Source: Gemmatimonadota bacterium
GTDB lineage: Bacteria; Gemmatimonadota; Gemmatimonadetes; Gemmatimonadales; GWC2-71-9
DNA: 29,889 bases
Reading direction: 5' to 3'
NCBI GenBank assembly: GCA_036679605.1
Contig: JAZDCZ010000420.1
Location: forward strand, 1-29,889
Every line of letters starts with the position of its first letter. The first letter of the stretch is position 1. The position numbers and the translations under genes are program-made. Positions 26,358-29,889 of this stretch are shown here, one piece after another. Below the pieces are notes generated by a model. The model was not told the DNA's origin. It did not search any database and was given only the letters and a program-made list of their open reading frames with translations.

Positions 26358-27281
26358 TCAATCCGGGGCACGCGCCCCGGAGACGGAACTCCACGTCAGA
26401 ACAGATGCCTCGCCTCGGTTGTCTGTCTTATGCAAGTGGCATGACACGCAAGATATTTCGAATACCCGCTTTCCCCACTCTTGATCGGGAGACAGCTCGT
26501 CCTCGCTCCCTTCGTGGAAGAAGTATGCGATCGACGATGTATACTTGCGTTGAAAATCAGACCACCCGTTGTTCGGGGAATGGTAACGGATGTTGCCGGC
26601 TTTCTCATCGACGAACGCATACCGTATGAATGCGACCACGCTTGCGATCTCGTGGTCGTTCAGGATAGTCGCAAAAGGCTGCATCGCCGTGCCGGGCCGG
26701 CCGTTTTTGACGGCATCCATCATCGTCGAAGTGCTGAGAGTGCGCATTCGCTTCGCATCGGTAAAACTTCGCGGCTTTGGCTTGAGGGTCGCTCCGGCCT
26801 GAGTCCGCGCATCGCCACCATAACCGTGGCACATATAGCAACGGTAGTTATACACCCCGCGACCCACCAAGATGTCCGGTTTTTTCGTCTCCTCAGGGAT
26901 GTCGAGTTTCATGAAATTTGAACGGATATAGGCGATCACAGCGTCTATCTGTTTCTTGTTCAGTTGTTCATCGAAGGGCTGCATCGCGGTCTTCGGGCGA
27001 CCGTCGCGGGTTGTGTTGATCATATCTTCGCGGGTGAGATATCGTATGACATCTGTATCCGTGAAGTCTCGCGGCGGAGGGTTGAGGGCTTTTGCTGCAA
27101 ATGATTGCCCATCGCCACGTTCTCCGTGACACACCGAACAGGTAACACGGTAAATCTCTTCGCCGTCAATCGTTCCCTTGGAAACGATGCCTATGTCGGC
27201 ATTTTTCTTAGTCGCAGCCTGCGTGCTCGCGGCACACAACACCAACAAGCCCGTCACCGCCAGACGGCGTATCTTGCTCAT
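26358..27281 (-). CDS. Secreted triheme cytochrome c (two class-I His/Met domains plus C-terminal CxxCH)
   Basis: Signal peptide from ATG 27281; CSVCH...PPRDFT...GRPKTAMQPF; CYMCH...KPRSFT...GRPGTAMQPF; CVSCH. Confidence 0.9.
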   Translation of the reverse strand: MSKIRRLAVTGLLVLCAASTQAATKKNADIGIVSKGTIDGEEIYRVTCSVCHGERGDGQSFAAKALNPPPRDFTDTDVIRYLTREDMINTTRDGRPKTAMQPFDEQLNKKQIDAVIAYIRSNFMKLDIPEETKKPDILVGRGVYNYRCYMCHGYGGDARTQAGATLKPKPRSFTDAKRMRTLSTSTMMDAVKNGRPGTAMQPFATILNDHEIASVVAFIRYAFVDEKAGNIRYHSPNNGWSDFQRKYTSSIAYFFHEGSEDELSPDQEWGKRVFEISCVSCHLHKTDNRGEASVLTWSSVSGARAPD

Positions 27282-27353
27282 GTTCGGCCGTTTTGGGATT
27301 TGCAACTACCGCCATACACGCTGCACACGCGCGTAGAACACTTGATCGAGGCC

Positions 27354-28112
27354 TTATTCCACGGTCACTTCCGCATTTTCGACGATCACATCGTAGTTGT
27401 AACCGAAACCGAAATCCCGTGAAGTCAACAACACACCCCGAACGAGGATGGTATCGCCGACTCTTACGCTCACACTGGTGGTAACAGTCAAGTCGGAGTT
27501 ACTTCCGGCGCTCGCGGTACCGTCCTGCAAATGGATCCAATTTGTCCCCATTATATTCGAGCTGAACTTCACGACCTTACCACGAATCAAAATCTCTTTG
27601 CCGGTGAGTTTTGCTTTGTCGTCAAAGATCCTCGCGACGGTAACGCCGCCTTCCACTTTCTCTATGCCCGAGAGGTCCAATCCGGTAGCGCCGCCGGGTC
27701 GAGGTGTGAGTTGCCCCAGTGTCGCGAACAACCCATGGCTGCGGGCACCCTCGACATCTACAAAAGCGACGAAGTAAATACGCTCGAAAACCCGGTCAAG
27801 GCCCTTGCTGTAGTAATCCCGCATAAGAGCCCCCACCGGAATCTTCACCTGGTCGCCAATGGAGAGTTTGGTTTGCGGAGCGGCAACCCAGATCTTCTCC
27901 GTGCCGTTGTCGACGTTCAAGTAGGTATAGTTCCCCACATCGGCGAGTTCCACGACTTCGCCACTCGTGGTCCACGTGACGTCCCCTTGCGCTCGACCCT
28001 CCGACCCTCCCGAGGAATCGGTAGCTTGCTCGTGCTGCGCAAAAACCGGACATACAACTGTAAGCGCACAGACCGCCATAGCCACACGTAGTATGCTGAT
28101 GTTTTTCATCAT
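27354..28112 (-). CDS. Secreted NrfJ-like / double OB-fold protein
   Basis: GGAGG RBS, signal peptide; GEVVE..DVGNYTYL.V....KIWVAAP; RGKVVK...NIMGTNWIHLQDGT; DFGFGY.Y.VIVE.A. Confidence 0.75.
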   Translation of the reverse strand: MMKNISILRVAMAVCALTVVCPVFAQHEQATDSSGGSEGRAQGDVTWTTSGEVVELADVGNYTYLNVDNGTEKIWVAAPQTKLSIGDQVKIPVGALMRDYYSKGLDRVFERIYFVAFVDVEGARSHGLFATLGQLTPRPGGATGLDLSGIEKVEGGVTVARIFDDKAKLTGKEILIRGKVVKFSSNIMGTNWIHLQDGTASAGSNSDLTVTTSVSVRVGDTILVRGVLLTSRDFGFGYNYDVIVENAEVTVE

Positions 28113-28285
28113 CGCTTTGCCTCCTCCCTACTGCTCCATCTAGAGCACAGCAAAGTAGAAAGGCAGCGACACTACCTTTTGTAGTCCCAGGCCTCAACTA
28201 CCACCGGGACCGCGAGTCTATGAGGGCCGACTCCGGACGCTGGTTACGCACAAGCCTGATAGCGAAAGCAAAGAAGTAGGGCCCG

Positions 28286-28331
28286 AATAAAGAAGGATCT
28301 GGGCGAGAACTGGAAAGTCCTCGCCCAGATC
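28286..28331 (-). terminator. Rho-independent terminator after the Cys-rich gene
   Basis: GATCTGGGCGAG...CTCGCCCAGATC 12-bp stem followed on the minus strand by CTTCTTTATT. Confidence 0.8.
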
Positions 28332-28367
28332 ACTGGGATCTATCCGCCAACGATCACCAAGATCGTC

Positions 28368-29090
28368 TCACGGAAGAGTGGTCGTCGTCGGCGTAAGCGG
28401 CAAGCACGATTCCACACAACCGGCCGCTGCCTCCCAACAAAGTTGCTGGTCCCCGAAGCGTTGGGCCCTGCAGCTTTTCTTGCACTCTCTGGCGCTAAGC
28501 TCCGGAGCACAGTCGAGCCGGCACTGTTTCTCGCCGGATTTCGAGCCGGCCAGGCACGTTCTTAGGTCACCGTTACACTGGTCCATGCACACGCGATCCA
28601 CCGGCCCGAAACAAATACTGCGGCAGGTCTGGCGGCCGGCGTCGCATGCGTCTTTGGCTAGATCGCGGGCGTCTTTGCCCGCGTCACGGCAGGTTTTTCG
28701 AGTGTCGTTGCAACTGTCGTGGCATTCGACGCAGCCCGCCTCGCAGTCGTCACGAATCGCGTCGCAGCCCTGTTGGCAGTCCGACGGGTCCGGGTCGCTC
28801 TGGCAGTTCGCGCGACATACATCGCGATCGACGTTACATGCGTCGCGACACGGATCTTTGCCCGCGTCGCAATCGGTTCTGCAGGTCTCACGGTCGGCGT
28901 CACAACCCGCACGGGAAATGTCGCGCACGGCCTTGGCGGCGTGCTTACACGCCTTACGTACAAGGCTGCAACTGCTGTGGCAGGTATGTGCCTGCGCGGA
29001 CGGCGCAGCCACGAGGAACAACCCGAGCATGGCCACGAAGGCCACGCCGGTCGCTTTGGTGAAAAGAATTGGGATTACTTGGCGATTCAT
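28368..29090 (-). CDS. Secreted Cys-rich (30 Cys) helical-repeat protein of unknown function
   Basis: GGAGGT RBS, signal peptide ending AQA-H, recurring C-x3-C-x6 spacing, PTTTTLP tail, downstream terminator. Confidence 0.85.
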   Translation of the reverse strand: MNRQVIPILFTKATGVAFVAMLGLFLVAAPSAQAHTCHSSCSLVRKACKHAAKAVRDISRAGCDADRETCRTDCDAGKDPCRDACNVDRDVCRANCQSDPDPSDCQQGCDAIRDDCEAGCVECHDSCNDTRKTCRDAGKDARDLAKDACDAGRQTCRSICFGPVDRVCMDQCNGDLRTCLAGSKSGEKQCRLDCAPELSARECKKSCRAQRFGDQQLCWEAAAGCVESCLPLTPTTTTLP

Positions 29091-29156
29091 AAGTCAATAC
29101 CTCCGATCCGTTCCTATAAATTGGGGGTGTTTGTTCCCTCTTAGCAAGGGGATGCT

Positions 29157-29172
29157 TGCATGCCCCATGCCC
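29157..29172 (-). promoter_or_regulatory. Possible sigma-54 promoter for the Cys-rich gene
   Basis: Minus strand GGGCATGGGGCATGCA, GG-N10-GC but imperfect flanks. Confidence 0.3.
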
Positions 29173-29416
29173 CCCTCATGGGGGGAAACGCTCTGTCTTT
29201 TCACAGACTTCGTGCAACAACCGTGCCGATTCCGCGCCGGCGTTGTCAACTGCGGCCGGCAACCCTTTATGAACGGTAGGTCGTGCGAAACGCCCTGCCA
29301 CCGTGCGCGCTTTCGCCCGCTCCGGGGCAGTTCGCCCAGGCCACGCGCGGGACAAGCAAAGCGGGACGAAGTTCGAATTTGACCTCAGACACGTGGCCAG
29401 CCAGGTTGAGCGACGC

Positions 29417-29889
29417 ATGGCCCGTATTGCCCAACCCGAGGTTAACGTCGGTGACTCTACGGCGGCCGGCCGTGAACTCGCCGTCGACGATGCATTGCTC
29501 GAAGAGGTCCGGCATGACCGCAGGCCACGCTTTCGAACCTGGACATGTCCCGTCTACACAGTCGTCTTGGGCCGTTCCGGCAAGGTCGCAACCGAAGTCG
29601 ATCTGCCGTTGTGCCGCAAACAGGGGATCGCGATCGTCCAACGCCCAAGCGGCGGCGGAGCGGTGCTCATAGGACCAGGCACACTGCAATGGACCTTTGC
29701 TTTACCGCATACGCTTTCGCCGCTTTTGGAAACTATTTCAGGCGCCAAGCGTTTCTGTAACCGCATGTTGCTCGAATCCCTGACCGAAAGCCTGTTGCCC
29801 TCGCGCGGGCCACAGTCGTCCTGTGATCGAACACTCCACGACGAGCCCGGTGGCGACCTAGTTCTCGGCGACCGTAAAGTCGGCGGTAT
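29417..29889 (+). CDS. Lipoate-protein ligase A family protein (3'-truncated; absent from the ORF track)
   Basis: Own translation: MARIAQ...ELAVDDALL...RTW....TVVLGRSG...VQRPSGGGAVLIGPGTL...GDLVLGDRKVGG, matching LplA motifs R.SGGGAV and D-L...(R)K..G. Confidence 0.85.
   Translation, partial: MARIAQPEVNVGDSTAAGRELAVDDALLEEVRHDRRPRFRTWTCPVYTVVLGRSGKVATEVDLPLCRKQGIAIVQRPSGGGAVLIGPGTLQWTFALPHTLSPLLETISGAKRFCNRMLLESLTESLLPSRGPQSSCDRTLHDEPGGDLVLGDRKVGG

Noticed and set aside
28719..28733. CVECH motif suggesting a cytochrome
   Set aside because: Single occurrence in a 30-Cys protein with no cytochrome context; likely chance. Not included in the heme count.
28378..29382. 334-aa plus-strand ORF
   Set aside because: Antisense shadow of the Cys-rich gene, which has the RBS, signal peptide and terminator.
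29267..29766. ORF-track ORFs at the right end
   Set aside because: Replaced by the unlisted, stop-less plus-strand frame from 29417 carrying lipoate-ligase motifs.

Overview
GC-rich bacterial DNA. The style of the secreted proteins (Lys-rich C-terminal domains, CGDG Cys-rich repeats, a 'CGD..G....TDALLVLRRAVG' dockerin-like motif) suggests a Candidatus Binatia-like or other deltaproteobacterial lineage; this is inference. The core is a ~20-kb, all minus-strand cluster (4131-23914) that looks like a cytochrome-nanowire / extracellular electron transfer system. It has a sensor kinase plus sigma-54 response regulator, two tandemly duplicated OmcE-like tetraheme cytochromes each behind a canonical sigma-54 promoter, a type-1-copper-like secreted protein, three NHL beta-propeller proteins, 14-heme and 12-heme cytochromes sharing a C-terminal 8-heme module, a 7-heme hybrid lipoprotein, a c7-type triheme and a large outer-membrane beta-barrel. 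A third, divergent OmcE-like gene with its own sigma-54 promoter lies at 988-1620 and lacks the conserved His after heme motif 1. The duplication also created a stand-alone copy of the regulator's HTH domain. Flanks encode Cys-rich secreted proteins, a DUF1566/Lcl protein, a Reg_prop beta-propeller, a triheme cytochrome c, an NrfJ-like OB-fold protein and a partial lipoate-protein ligase. I count 51 heme-binding motifs in 8 cytochromes. No rRNA, intact tRNA, CRISPR array or transposase was seen; a degenerate tRNA-Glu-like 3' half lies at ~17761-17808.
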